From a virus (lineage: Duplodnaviria; Caudoviricetes), in the IMG/VR virus record IMGVR_UViG_3300028797_000093: a stretch of 64,000 nt of DNA, one strand, 5' to 3'. A program made the position numbers and the translations under genes. Positions 10,172 through 20,719 of the stretch are shown here, piece by piece. The notes under the pieces are model-generated. The model saw only the letters and a program-made list of their open reading frames with translations, did no database searches and was not told where the DNA came from. Position 1 is the stretch's first letter. Every line of letters starts with the position of its first letter.

Positions 10172-10981
10172 TCTTTTTATTGTGATTATTTTTATCAAAG
10201 TGGTGGTACACACTATTCCTATCGTGGTGGTCACTCGAGCAGTGGTTTTATTTGTGGTTTCACTTGTGTTGGTCTAGGTGGCAACTCCAGTGCGACAGGC
10301 TGGTACTATGGCGCCGCCCTATCATTTAAAACTATATGTGTATTATTTTTCTCAAAGTAGTGATACTCACTATTCTGTTCGTGGTGGTCACTCTGGTAAT
10401 GGTTTTTATTGTGGTTTTACTTTTGTTCACCTCATCCGAGGCTCTGGTTTTGCCAGCTGGGGAGTTGGTGCTGCCCTATCATTTAAACCTCTTCTTTTTT
10501 ATTGTGATTATTTTTATCAAAATAGTGGTACTCGTTATGCTTTTCGTGGTGGTTATTGTAATATTGGTTTTGATTGTGGTTTTGCTTTTGCTGGACTCAG
10601 TTATTCTACTGCTGTTGCCAACTGGAATCTTGGCGCCGCCCTATCATTTAAACCATCTTTTTTATTGTGATTATTTTTCTCAAAGTAGTAATACTCATTA
10701 TGCTTTTCGTGGTGGTAGCTCGGGCAATGGGCCCCGTTGTGGTTTTGTTTGTGTCTATCTATACTACAACTCTAGTTATGCCCTCTGGTATGTTGGCGCC
10801 GCCCTATCATTTAAACCAGTCTTTTTATTGTGATTATTTTTATCAAAGTGGTGGTACAAATTATACTTTTCGTGGTGGTGCCTCGAGCGGTGGCTTCTAT
10901 TGTGGGGTTTTCTATGTTGGCCTCCACCGCAGCTCTGGTTATGCCAGCTGGTCCATTGGCGCCGCCCTATCATTTAAACCA
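10172..10981 (+). repeat. Array 2: five tandem DGR variable-region-like cassettes
   Basis: Units at about 10175, 10341, 10497, 10663, 10823 with the same scaffold and 3' end as array 1; begins in the T tract of terminator 10144-10178. Confidence 0.95.
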
Positions 10982-10997
10982 TGGTATTATTTATAAT

Positions 10998-11020
10998 AAT
11001 TATATATTATAAATATGAAT
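10998..11020 (+). promoter_or_regulatory. Putative phage early promoter (ATTATATATTATAAATATGA family)
   Basis: Same motif recurs at about 15723, 17626, 17774, 19982, 39958, 40949, 58222, 58894, 59432 and 62347, mostly upstream of small accessory genes. Confidence 0.6.
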
Positions 11021-11148
11021 CTCAGCATCTGTATCCTCATATAGTTATATCTTATATCTACTGATATTGGATTTACTATTTTATTTTTTGTATGCCAAAC
11101 TTATTAATAAGAAAGAATATATTGCTCTATATAGATGGAGGTTTATAT

Positions 11149-14100
11149 ATGGATTATATCACTGAAGCTCAAGCAAATAAATATAAGAATGATATAAATT
11201 GGATTAATGGTGTATATAAGGGAACTTCTAATCTTAAAGATCAAGAGTCTTCTTATATAGATACATCTAATATATTCAATAATGCTAAGACATTAGATCA
11301 ATATACTAATGCTCTTATTAAAGCAGTAAATGAAGAAAAAGGAAAGTCTAATCAAGTTATCGTTATTCCTCTAGATCCATGGTTTGAACAGTATAATTAT
11401 AGTAGTGGATCTGCTACTGGAGATTCTATCTTTAAAGAGAAGAATATTGGTCCTATTAGTGCCATCTATAAGATGCTTAAAGAGAATCCCTCTAAGTTTA
11501 AGAGAGTATTTGCAGGTATTAAGTTCTATTTTATTATGGGAGAATCCTGTTTTATTTTAGACTCTAATACTGTAGGAAGTACTACTTATAGAACTTTTAG
11601 AGATCTTATTCTGGCTTCTTATGTACCAGCTATGCCTAATGGTGAAAATAAAACTCTTGTAAAGAAGACTAAGAATCTTGATACAGTTTTAAATGATGAA
11701 AAAGAAGAAGCTAAAGAGAATCCATTGAATCCTTTAAAGCTTCCTGAGAATGATAAGAGAACTATCTTGAATACAAAAGAGATAGAGCTTGAAATCATGG
11801 ATATAGTAAATAATATTGTTAATATGGCTTCTAGTGAAGAAGAAGCTAATAAGATGATGCAAGAGGATATGAGACTAAAAGAATTATTAGCTCAAGTACA
11901 AGCTAATAATATGTCTAATATCAATACATCTTCTGCTATGGTTAATATGAATAAGATGAGAAGCAGAAGAATGCAAGGACTCAATGCAGATTTTATGAAC
12001 TTACAAGTCAATGGTAAGACTGTAAGAGATATGATGAAAGATAAAGTAGAAGAAGATATACCTGAAACTTCTCTTAAGATTGATAGTATCAATGATGAGT
12101 GGAAGAAACTTAAGTATATTAACTTTGAAAAGAAATATGATCTAGACAGTGATATTGTAAAGTGTATTTATCATTTTACTAAAACATCTTATCCTATCTC
12201 TATTAGAAATATTAAAGTAGAAGATACGTCTACTACAGAGGACTATATTAATACTTATACTGTAGAATGTGAGGATTATACTGGTAAGAGATTCACTCTG
12301 AAGTTTGATGTACCTCTTTTTATCAATAATAGATTTATGAAACTTGGTGGTAATGAGAAGATCATCAATGGTCAGCTATTGTTACTTCCATGTATTAAGA
12401 CAGATAATGATACTGCTCAGCTAGTATCTAACTATAATAAAGTCTTTGTAAGAAGATATGGTATGGTAGGAAGATCTTATTCTTCTTCAGATAGACTTAT
12501 TAAAGCCCTTAAGAAAGCTAATGGTAAAGTAAAAGATCTTAAGATCACTACTGGTAATAATAGTAAGATCTGTATGAAGTATAGTCTATATGCAGATTAT
12601 ATAGATTTAGCTTCTAACTTCTCTGAGATTAAAACTAAAGATTTCGACTTTATTTTTAATCAGGATTTCTATAGACAGATTGATCCTACTCTTGATAATA
12701 AGAAACTTCCTATCTATATAAATCTTAATGGTAATGAAATGATTATATATGATGACAGTAAGAATAATGTACCAGTAAGTACTGTCATTGCTCAGCTTCT
12801 TTGTGATCAATCTCCTGAGTTTAAAAAGATCTATGAAGCTACAGCCAAAGCAAACAAGATGGTGTATTCTCAAGCTTCTATACTGAAGAATAGAATGCCT
12901 GTCATTGTTATTCTTGGATATCTTCTTGGATTGACTAATACTCTTAAGAAGGCTGGTATTAAGTACAAATTTATTGATAAGAAAATCAATAAGTCTACAT
13001 CTGATGCTGAACTTAAGATTATGTCTAATCCTGATCTATATGATAATATTAAATTTAATGATGGTTACTTATACTATGAACAGACCTATGAATCCAGTAT
13101 GTTAATGAATGGTCTGTTTGATTGTGATACTGAAAACTATTCATTCTCTGAAGTAGATAATAGAAAATTCTGGCTTGATCAGTTGGATCTATTTGGTGGT
13201 AGATTACTATCTGATGGTCTAGATAACTTCTATGATCTGTTCATGGATCCTATGACTGAAGAAGTATGTAATAAGTTTAAATTACCAACAGATTTCTGTG
13301 GACTATTGCTATATGCCAATGATCTACTAGTAGATACTGCATATAATAAGCACACAGATATTACCGGTAATAGATATAGAACTAATGAAATTGTAGCTGG
13401 TTATGTTTATAAAGAACTAGCATCAGCTTATGGTAAATATAGACTCTCTATCAAACATGGTAGAAAAGAGCCTATGAATATTAAACAGAATGCTATTTTA
13501 ATTGCTGTTATGACAGATTCTATGAGTAGCGATCTATCTACTATGACTCCTCTACTGGAAAAAGAATCTGCTAATACTGTATCTTTTAAAGGTCTTTCAG
13601 GTATGAACTCTGATAGATCTTATAGTCTAGATAAACGTACATTTGATGATTCTATGATCAATAAACTAGGACTTTCTACAGGTTTCTCTGGTAATGTAGG
13701 TATTACTAGACAAGCTACAATAGATATGGATATTGAGGGAGAACGTGGTTATGTAAAGAACAGTTCTCTTAATGATGTAAGTGATGCTAAAACTATGAGT
13801 GCAACAGAAGCTATGACACCATTTGGTACTACTAGAGATGATCCTTTTAGATCTGCTATGACATTTGTACAGACTTCTAAGCACTCTATGAGAACTAAAG
13901 GATCTGCTCCTCTACTTATTACTAATGGTGCTGATGATGCACTTCCGTATATGATAGGAAATACTTTCGTATTTAAAGCTAAAGAAAATGGTAAAGTAGT
14001 TGAACTAGTTGAAAATGAGTATATGATTCTAGAGTATGATAATGGAGATCATGACTATGTAGATCTGTCTGTTATCGTTAAGAAAAACTCAGATGCTGGT

Positions 14101-15051
14101 ATTTATGTAACTGTTCAACTAAAACCTGATAAGAAGCTAGGATCTAAATTTAAGAAGGGTGAAATTGTAGCACATGATCCTCTGTCTTTCTCTACAAAAT
14201 ATGGTGCTACTGATGAACTCTCTTATAATATTGGTACTCTAGCTAAAGTAGGTATTCTTGCCACAGATGAAGGATTTGAAGATTCTACTATAGTAAGTGA
14301 ATGGCTATCTGAAGCTATGACATCTGATGTTACTATGATGGATGATGTTATACTGGATGCTAATGCTAATATTTATTATCTTGCAAAACCTGGACAGAAA
14401 GTTCAGGAAGGTGATACACTTCTACTATTCCAGAATGCATTTACAGAGGAAGAACAAAATGCTCTACTAAGAAACATTACAGATCCTGATCTTGTTAATG
14501 ATCTTGGTAGAATTAAGAAGACTTCTCATTATACTGGAGTAGTACAAGATGTAAAGATCTATAGAACAAAACCTATAAGTTATTATTCTAAATCTATTCA
14601 AAAAGCTATTATAGACTATGAGAATAGATATAAGAAGAAGATTGAAGAATATAATAAATATGGTATTACTGGTATTAGAAAAGAAGTTAATAACTATGAG
14701 CTTCCTAATACTGGTAAGCTAAAGAATGTAGGAGATGGTATTCTCATTGAAATCTATATCATGTATGAGGATAAGTTCTCCATTGGTGATAAGAATGTAG
14801 CTCAGTCTGCTTGTAAGGGTGTATGTAAAGATATATTCCCTGCTGGAAAAGAACCTTGGTCTGAGTATAGACCTGAAGAGAAGATTCATGCTTTCTATGC
14901 AATTAATTCTTTCATGGGTCGTATGATTACAAGTGTTCTAGTAAGTGGAGCTATTAATAAAGGTCTTATAGAACTAGATAGACAAGTTAAAGAAATCATG
15001 GGCTATAAATGGAAAACCCTTGAGGAAATGCAGCTACCTACTAAAAAATAA
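11149..15051 (+). CDS. Multisubunit RNA polymerase beta-like subunit (probably virion RNAP)
   Basis: Motifs GFEDSTIVSE, IGDK....ACKGV and FMGRM; start moved to ATG 11149 behind GGAGG; lacks the extreme beta C-terminus (split subunit). Confidence 0.9.
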   Translation: MDYITEAQANKYKNDINWINGVYKGTSNLKDQESSYIDTSNIFNNAKTLDQYTNALIKAVNEEKGKSNQVIVIPLDPWFEQYNYSSGSATGDSIFKEKNIGPISAIYKMLKENPSKFKRVFAGIKFYFIMGESCFILDSNTVGSTTYRTFRDLILASYVPAMPNGENKTLVKKTKNLDTVLNDEKEEAKENPLNPLKLPENDKRTILNTKEIELEIMDIVNNIVNMASSEEEANKMMQEDMRLKELLAQVQANNMSNINTSSAMVNMNKMRSRRMQGLNADFMNLQVNGKTVRDMMKDKVEEDIPETSLKIDSINDEWKKLKYINFEKKYDLDSDIVKCIYHFTKTSYPISIRNIKVEDTSTTEDYINTYTVECEDYTGKRFTLKFDVPLFINNRFMKLGGNEKIINGQLLLLPCIKTDNDTAQLVSNYNKVFVRRYGMVGRSYSSSDRLIKALKKANGKVKDLKITTGNNSKICMKYSLYADYIDLASNFSEIKTKDFDFIFNQDFYRQIDPTLDNKKLPIYINLNGNEMIIYDDSKNNVPVSTVIAQLLCDQSPEFKKIYEATAKANKMVYSQASILKNRMPVIVILGYLLGLTNTLKKAGIKYKFIDKKINKSTSDAELKIMSNPDLYDNIKFNDGYLYYEQTYESSMLMNGLFDCDTENYSFSEVDNRKFWLDQLDLFGGRLLSDGLDNFYDLFMDPMTEEVCNKFKLPTDFCGLLLYANDLLVDTAYNKHTDITGNRYRTNEIVAGYVYKELASAYGKYRLSIKHGRKEPMNIKQNAILIAVMTDSMSSDLSTMTPLLEKESANTVSFKGLSGMNSDRSYSLDKRTFDDSMINKLGLSTGFSGNVGITRQATIDMDIEGERGYVKNSSLNDVSDAKTMSATEAMTPFGTTRDDPFRSAMTFVQTSKHSMRTKGSAPLLITNGADDALPYMIGNTFVFKAKENGKVVELVENEYMILEYDNGDHDYVDLSVIVKKNSDAGIYVTVQLKPDKKLGSKFKKGEIVAHDPLSFSTKYGATDELSYNIGTLAKVGILATDEGFEDSTIVSEWLSEAMTSDVTMMDDVILDANANIYYLAKPGQKVQEGDTLLLFQNAFTEEEQNALLRNITDPDLVNDLGRIKKTSHYTGVVQDVKIYRTKPISYYSKSIQKAIIDYENRYKKKIEEYNKYGITGIRKEVNNYELPNTGKLKNVGDGILIEIYIMYEDKFSIGDKNVAQSACKGVCKDIFPAGKEPWSEYRPEEKIHAFYAINSFMGRMITSVLVSGAINKGLIELDRQVKEIMGYKWKTLEEMQLPTKK

Positions 15052-15138
15052 TAAAATAAGAGAGAAGGATATTATTCCTTCTCTCTTTATGTTTTTATAT
15101 ACTCTTATACTTATTAGTAATAGGAGGTATAAAATATT

Positions 15139-15528
15139 ATGACTTATAGAGAATTTTGTAATCTCAAAGGTAATGATCCTATGGAGAATATATTTCCTAA
15201 AGGAACAGATCCAGATGAAGCTCTAACTATTTTAGAGCAAACATTTACTGGTCATATAACTTGTGCACCATATTCTGTTATTATAGAATCTATTATAAAT
15301 GCATGTAAGAAACATCATAAAATAGATTATAATACTATACGTGGAATTAATGATCCAAAAGAAGCTATTGATGTTATAAAGAAAGAATTGCTTGGAGAAG
15401 ATTGGTATATAGGTTATCCTTGTGGGTTTTCTCAATATGCTACTGAAGTTGTTGGGAGTATTTTATATAGATATGGTCCTAAAGAAAAAGTACCATTTCT
15501 TACACGTATACGTAACTTCTTTAAATAA
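15139..15528 (+). CDS. Hypothetical protein (129 aa)
   Basis: AGGAGG RBS; internal DP.EA repeat; terminator after stop. Confidence 0.75.
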   Translation: MTYREFCNLKGNDPMENIFPKGTDPDEALTILEQTFTGHITCAPYSVIIESIINACKKHHKIDYNTIRGINDPKEAIDVIKKELLGEDWYIGYPCGFSQYATEVVGSILYRYGPKEKVPFLTRIRNFFK

Positions 15529-15657
15529 AAAAATAGAGTAGGAGAAATCCTACTCTATATTATTTTTTGTTTTTCATAGATGTACTGATAGCCACCCTAC
15601 TACCAGTACATCTATACGACACCATCATGGGAAAAACGGAAGCCACCAATGCGCGAC
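15527..15657 (-). ncRNA. Candidate late small RNA 2
   Basis: AACA-N6-TG at 15668-15657 (minus); GC-richer tract, long hairpin 15576-15615, terminator about 15533-15560; contains CTTCCGTTTTTCCC. Confidence 0.4.
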
Positions 15658-15722
15658 AATAGTATGTTAAGTTAACAGTATTCATTATTGTTATTTTATT
15701 CATTATAATTATGAATATTTTT

Positions 15723-15809
15723 AATTGTATATCATAAATATGAATATAGGGTAGTAGCTCTGAACTACTACCCTATACTTTTATTCCACCCGAAAGGAGG
15801 TGAAATAAG
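15723..15809 (+). promoter_or_regulatory. Repeated promoter-hairpin-RBS leader, copy 1
   Basis: TATCATAAATATGAA-TATAGGGTAGTAG-loop-CTACTACCCTATA-...AAAGGAGGTGAAA; near-identical copies at about 19962, 58202 and 58874. Confidence 0.85.
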
Positions 15810-16001
15810 ATGACGAAGCTTATAGCTTCACCTAGGATCTCTAAGGCAATCCACGATCTTAGAGATCTTCCAGAACTCCACCATATGGATGTTCTGAGTC
15901 CTTTAGAAAAATATTGTGCTGATAAGATGATAGAATATATCATGAAAAATCCACATGTAGATTTCTATCTGAAAAGTCTAATGCACAATATTAACGGCTG
16001 A
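15810..16001 (+). CDS. Microprotein family A (63 aa)
   Basis: Strong RBS; paralogous to 20068-20265 (L.ASP.ISK....RD.PE..H..VLSP.EK.C.D.M). Confidence 0.85.
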   Translation: MTKLIASPRISKAIHDLRDLPELHHMDVLSPLEKYCADKMIEYIMKNPHVDFYLKSLMHNING

Positions 16002-16067
16002 TGCCATATCCTCATAATATAAAAAGATATGGAGCTAGGGAATTGGTTTCTCTAGCTCCACTTAATT

Positions 16068-16877
16068 TTATTTTTTATTTACACAATAATCTCTGATCTC
16101 ATCCTGGATGTAGTTCTCCAGATTGACAACAAAGATAGCACCATCTTTAGTAACTAGTTGTACATCTCTATTTCTATTAACTAGTTTCATGGACTCATAT
16201 AGAGTATCAAACTGAGATAGAATAGACTTGATGTTAGCGGACTCCTGCTTGATATAACTAATGACCTGTTCATTAGTGATAGGAATAATCTTACCCTTAT
16301 CATTAACAGAATCAAATGTAGCTTTACTAATAGCGGCTTCTGTAATGATCTGCTCAGTGTAAGCTTTCTTATGAGAAGGATAAATAACAGAGTCATAGGT
16401 AATGAACTTTAGATTCTTTACCATATTATGACCACCAATATTCTCTAGAGTACCAAGAGCTCTTAGAGAGAATGCTGGTTTCTTACCATCACGGAGATCC
16501 TGATCAAAGTATTCTCCATAGTTATTATTAGTACCCTGGAACTGTGCTTTGATTAAGTTTCCTTCAGTCCAAAACTTCCTGAACTCTACACAGACATTCT
16601 TAGGATCAATAGTCTGCTGACGGATAACAGAGTCATCCAGAGGATGACCATACTCTCCATTCATCTGACGATGTTCTAGAAGTTCTCTGGTTCTATCACA
16701 ATTGATTTCTCTAACTAGTTCAGATAGAGAATAGCATCTGCCATTACGGTTATCAGCTTCAGCTTCCTGAACAGTGCCTGCAGCTAAAACTCTACGCTTA
16801 TTATCAGAAACTAGTTCCATATCACTAGTTTCAACAGAAGACTCCAGAATAGCATAACCAATTCTTGTATCTTTCAT
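16068..16877 (-). CDS. Prohead core protease (T4 gp21/phiKZ gp175-like)
   Basis: NRNGRCYS, GEYGHP, FSLRALG and ITYDSV motifs; start set at MKDT behind GAGGTG. Confidence 0.9.
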   Translation of the reverse strand: MKDTRIGYAILESSVETSDMELVSDNKRRVLAAGTVQEAEADNRNGRCYSLSELVREINCDRTRELLEHRQMNGEYGHPLDDSVIRQQTIDPKNVCVEFRKFWTEGNLIKAQFQGTNNNYGEYFDQDLRDGKKPAFSLRALGTLENIGGHNMVKNLKFITYDSVIYPSHKKAYTEQIITEAAISKATFDSVNDKGKIIPITNEQVISYIKQESANIKSILSQFDTLYESMKLVNRNRDVQLVTKDGAIFVVNLENYIQDEIRDYCVNKK

Positions 16878-17006
16878 TATATATAAACACCTCACAAAGA
16901 ATTAACTTTATATGATTTATTATTATGTAGATATGATTTTATTATATTCTCATTCAATTATATACAATAGAATAAATAAGCAATATACTAATAGGAGGTT
17001 TACTCA

Positions 17007-17609
17007 ATGGAACTTACTAAGATTATTAAAAAGAATGGTGGTAAGTTTTTACACCTTTATGATCTAGTCTATAAGACTAAGAATGGTAATGATAAAGTAT
17101 ATGAAATGATCAGTAGAAATGATGATCTAAAAACAGCTAATGATGTGACTAATGATAAAGTAAGAGGAGCAGTTATCTTAGCTGTTACTGATGATGAAAA
17201 GATTCTTATCAATAAAGAATTTAGAATGGCTTGTAATTCTTATATCTATAATCTCCCCGCAGGTCTTATTGAAGAAGGAGAAACTCCTGAAGAAGCTGCT
17301 AAGAGAGAACTATTTGAAGAGACAGGTATGGAAATGACTGATATCATTGCTGTATCTAGACCTTATTTCACAGCAGATGGTTATACTAATGAAAGATCTG
17401 TAATGGTATTTTGTAGAGTAAAAGGTGAGCCTACAAATAAGAATGAATCTGAGGATGAAGAGATTACTCCTATGCTTATTGATGCAAATCAAGCAAGAAA
17501 GATACTCTATATTGATGAAAATTTATGCGGTACTCGTACTCAATTAATCTTAACCTTCTGGACTCTTCTTGATAGGATAGGAGATATTATTGAGAATAGA
17601 GATGATTGA
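17007..17609 (+). CDS. Nudix hydrolase (ADP-ribose pyrophosphatase-like)
   Basis: Nudix box GLIEEGETPEEAAKRELFEETG preceded by LPAG. Confidence 0.92.
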   Translation: MELTKIIKKNGGKFLHLYDLVYKTKNGNDKVYEMISRNDDLKTANDVTNDKVRGAVILAVTDDEKILINKEFRMACNSYIYNLPAGLIEEGETPEEAAKRELFEETGMEMTDIIAVSRPYFTADGYTNERSVMVFCRVKGEPTNKNESEDEEITPMLIDANQARKILYIDENLCGTRTQLILTFWTLLDRIGDIIENRDD

Positions 17610-17670
17610 AAATCTAGAATATTTCGATTATATATTATAAATATGAGTAATAGGAAAGGAGGATCTCATA

Positions 17671-17733
17671 ATGTGGGATGAGCCCCTGGTTATTGGTATT
17701 CCTATTGAAGAATCTGATGAAGATGATGAGTAA
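17671..17733 (+). CDS. 20-aa acidic micropeptide MWDEPLVIGIPIEESDEDDE
   Basis: Early-type promoter at 17626 and AAAGGAGG RBS; below the ORF-track cutoff. Confidence 0.6.
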   Translation: MWDEPLVIGIPIEESDEDDE

Positions 17734-17935
17734 TAATAATATTTAAATCAATAAATATTTTAAAATATATTTCAATTATATATAATAATATTGATATCTG
17801 AACCTTTCATAATGAAGTCCATTCCCAGCGAAAAAGAATAGGTGGTTTGTCCTTTCCCACCTATTCTTTTTTATATTTTAGTAGCTTCACATAGTATTAA
17901 TAAATAAGATTATTGATGCTTGAGGTGTTGTATAT

Positions 17936-19759
17936 ATGAATACATTACAGAATGGATATGATGTAATTCTTAGAGAAGCTGAAGAGTATGCCTTTAAAGA
18001 GACAGACTTTAAGATGGAGCTTCTTGATATCAATAAATTTGTAAAAGTAAATGATGTACAAGAAATTTCTAACCCTGTATTTTTTATTAGAAGAGATGTT
18101 CCTACTAGTGATGGACTACTCTCTAATGAGATCTTTGGTATTACTAAACAAGAGAGATCTAATATATATGGATATGTAAATCTTGGAGAGAAGTTTATAC
18201 ATCCTTTCTATTATAAGGTATGGTGTAGTCTAGATTCTAAGATTAAAGAGGTTGTTCATGGTACAGATACTTTTATTGTAGATTCTGAAGGACAACTTCA
18301 AAGAGATCCTAATGGTAAGAATGGAATAAAATTCTTATATGATAACTTCAGTAAGATTAAGATTAAAGCATCTTCTTCTCTTAGAAGAGATCTTAAGCTA
18401 CAGTTTTTCGAAGCTTATAGAAATAAGAAGGATGTTATATTTATTGATAAATATATAGTACTACCAGCTTACTACAGAGACGTTAATACTGAAGGTGGTA
18501 AGATTGGTGTAGGTGAAATCAATAGTCTATATAGAAACCTTATTATAGCTGTAAAGTCTCTAAGAGGTTCTATGGACTTTGGTCTAACTCTATCTTCTGC
18601 TACTAGAGGAAGAATTGAAGAGATTCTTCTACAGATATATAACTGGTTTGGTATGGGTACTACTATTAGTGGTAAACCTACTACTAATGTAATTCCTGGT
18701 AAAACTGGTGTCTTAAGAAATGCAGTATTAAATAAAACTACAGACTATTCTTCTAGATTGGTAATCTCTGCTCCTCAGTTAAAGGTTAATAAGATTACTG
18801 ATCTACAAGCAGATATGGATCATGTAGTTCTCCCACTAGCATCTGCTCTTGTAAACTTCTTACCTTATAATATATTCTTTATAAGAAGATACTTTGAGAA
18901 TCTGTTTAGTGGTGAAGCTCTTATTCCTGTTTTAGTATATGATGCAAATCCTGCAACCAGTGTAATAGATGCAGCTAGGAATATTAATGATGTAACTGTT
19001 AATAAAGCTACCAGTTATAGAGAAGTAAAACTACATGTAAAGGACTATCAAACTCAATTCTCTGATGCTGCTATTCAGAAACAGATTGATAGATTCTTAA
19101 AGGGATATTCTAATAGATTTATTCCTATCACTGTGGAGATGGAGAATCCTACAGATAAGAATAGACCTATTCTTTATACTCTTGCATTTAAAGGACACAA
19201 TGTAACTAAAGAACAGTATGAGAAAGGTAATATAGGGAAACCTAATGTAATCAGAGCATTTACATGGTGTGATCTATTTTATATGGCTGCTGTAGAAGCA
19301 ACTAGAGATAAACATGTACTGATTACTAGATATCCTCTTGATACTTGTTATAATATATTCCCATCTAAAGCTAGAGTATCCTGTACTAAAGATAGTGAAC
19401 CTATGGTATTTAATCTCTTTGGTAAAGATAATTTCTATCCTAATTATCCAAAGATTAGACCTAAGGATATTCTATCTAATACAAGTAATAAGTTTGTAGA
19501 TACTCTTAATATTTGTAATCTATACCTAGCTCCTATTGGAGGAGACTATGATGGTGACCAAGTAACTGTTAAAGGTATCTTTGGTGAACAAGCTAATGAT
19601 GAACTTGAGAAGTTTATGAATAGTAAAGCTCATCTAGTAGGACAAGGTGGTAAAGGACTATTGGAAAACAGTAAGGAAGCTCTTATGTGTGCTTATAGTC
19701 TTACTATGTCACTGTCTGCTGATAAGAATAAGTTTACAAATCCTGTATTTAAAGAATAG
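17936..19759 (+). CDS. RNA polymerase beta'-like N-terminal/catalytic subunit
   Basis: SDGLLSNEIFG, K..DYSSRLVI, ITRYP and catalytic GGDYDGDQ (NADFDGD variant). Confidence 0.93.
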   Translation: MNTLQNGYDVILREAEEYAFKETDFKMELLDINKFVKVNDVQEISNPVFFIRRDVPTSDGLLSNEIFGITKQERSNIYGYVNLGEKFIHPFYYKVWCSLDSKIKEVVHGTDTFIVDSEGQLQRDPNGKNGIKFLYDNFSKIKIKASSSLRRDLKLQFFEAYRNKKDVIFIDKYIVLPAYYRDVNTEGGKIGVGEINSLYRNLIIAVKSLRGSMDFGLTLSSATRGRIEEILLQIYNWFGMGTTISGKPTTNVIPGKTGVLRNAVLNKTTDYSSRLVISAPQLKVNKITDLQADMDHVVLPLASALVNFLPYNIFFIRRYFENLFSGEALIPVLVYDANPATSVIDAARNINDVTVNKATSYREVKLHVKDYQTQFSDAAIQKQIDRFLKGYSNRFIPITVEMENPTDKNRPILYTLAFKGHNVTKEQYEKGNIGKPNVIRAFTWCDLFYMAAVEATRDKHVLITRYPLDTCYNIFPSKARVSCTKDSEPMVFNLFGKDNFYPNYPKIRPKDILSNTSNKFVDTLNICNLYLAPIGGDYDGDQVTVKGIFGEQANDELEKFMNSKAHLVGQGGKGLLENSKEALMCAYSLTMSLSADKNKFTNPVFKE

Positions 19760-19770
19760 GAGATGTAACT

Positions 19771-19923
19771 ATGATCATTACAAAGAGTTATCTAAAGAAG
19801 GTATATGATAGTATACCTGAAGAAGATAAAAAGAAATATGAAGAACAATTGGATAAAGATTCTGAAGATAAGAAAGCTACTTTAGTTATTGCTTCAGATA
19901 ATCCTATTAAGATTATTAAATAA
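19771..19923 (+). CDS. Small hypothetical protein (50 aa)
   Basis: AGGAG RBS overlapping the beta' stop; MIITKSYLKKVYDSIPEEDKKK...; terminator follows. Confidence 0.6.
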   Translation: MIITKSYLKKVYDSIPEEDKKKYEEQLDKDSEDKKATLVIASDNPIKIIK

Positions 19924-19961
19924 ATAAAATTAGAGGTAGAGTTACTTTACTCTACCTCTAT

Positions 19962-20067
19962 TTGTAATAGTTTATATTTATGATTATATAATATAGATAT
20001 GAATATAGGGTAGTAGTTACAGCTACTACCCTATACTTTTATTCCACCCGAAAGGAGGTGAAATAAA
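19962..20067 (+). promoter_or_regulatory. Repeated promoter-hairpin-RBS leader, copy 2
   Basis: TATAGGGTAGTAG/CTACTACCCTATA hairpin at 20004-20035 plus CTTTTATTCCACCCGAAAGGAGGTGAAATAA identical to copy 1. Confidence 0.85.
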
Positions 20068-20265
20068 ATGACAAGTCTTACAGCTTCCCCTAGTATCTCT
20101 AAGATTGTTAAACAAATTAGAGACTTCCCCGAAGACCGTCATTCACATGTTCTGTCACCTATAGAAAAAGAATGTGTTGATAGGATGGTAGATAACTTTA
20201 TGAAAAGTCCAGTTATAAACTTATATTTAAAATTTAAAGTAAGTGAAAAACTGGCACTCCTCTAA
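20068..20265 (+). CDS. Microprotein family A (65 aa)
   Basis: Paralog of 15810-16001; followed by the same terminator sequence. Confidence 0.85.
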   Translation: MTSLTASPSISKIVKQIRDFPEDRHSHVLSPIEKECVDRMVDNFMKSPVINLYLKFKVSEKLALL

Positions 20266-20323
20266 TATAAGAAGATATGGAGCTAGGGAATTGGTTTCTC
20301 TAGCTCCACTTAATTTTATTTTT

Positions 20324-20596
20324 TTAAGCATTAAAATACTGCAATAGCTTGGATGATCTATCGAATAGTTCTCTTGATTTATTCATCATCTTATCTACAT
20401 CAAAACTATCTTCTATTTCTTCCTTAGAAGGCTTTTTATCTTTCTTTTCCACTAATTTCTTTATAGGTTTTAAGACTTTCTTTTCCTCTTCTTTTTCTTT
20501 TTTCTCTGGCTTCTTTACTTTAGCCAGAAGATCTTTCATACCTTCATTTATGATAATAGGATTTTGTGATGCTCTTACAATATCCATTATAGTCAA
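20324..20596 (-). CDS. Hypothetical lysine-rich protein (90 aa)
   Basis: GAGGAG RBS; CACA-N6-TA upstream. Confidence 0.6.
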   Translation of the reverse strand: MTIMDIVRASQNPIIINEGMKDLLAKVKKPEKKEKEEEKKVLKPIKKLVEKKDKKPSKEEIEDSFDVDKMMNKSRELFDRSSKLLQYFNA

Positions 20597-20719
20597 ACTC
20601 CTCTAGATTTTATTACTACTATGTGGTATATATTCTATCATAATTCTACCTAGATAGATAGTGAGAGAACATTAAAGTAAATAAAATAGACCATTTTAAA
20701 GGCGGTGATTTATTAGGTC

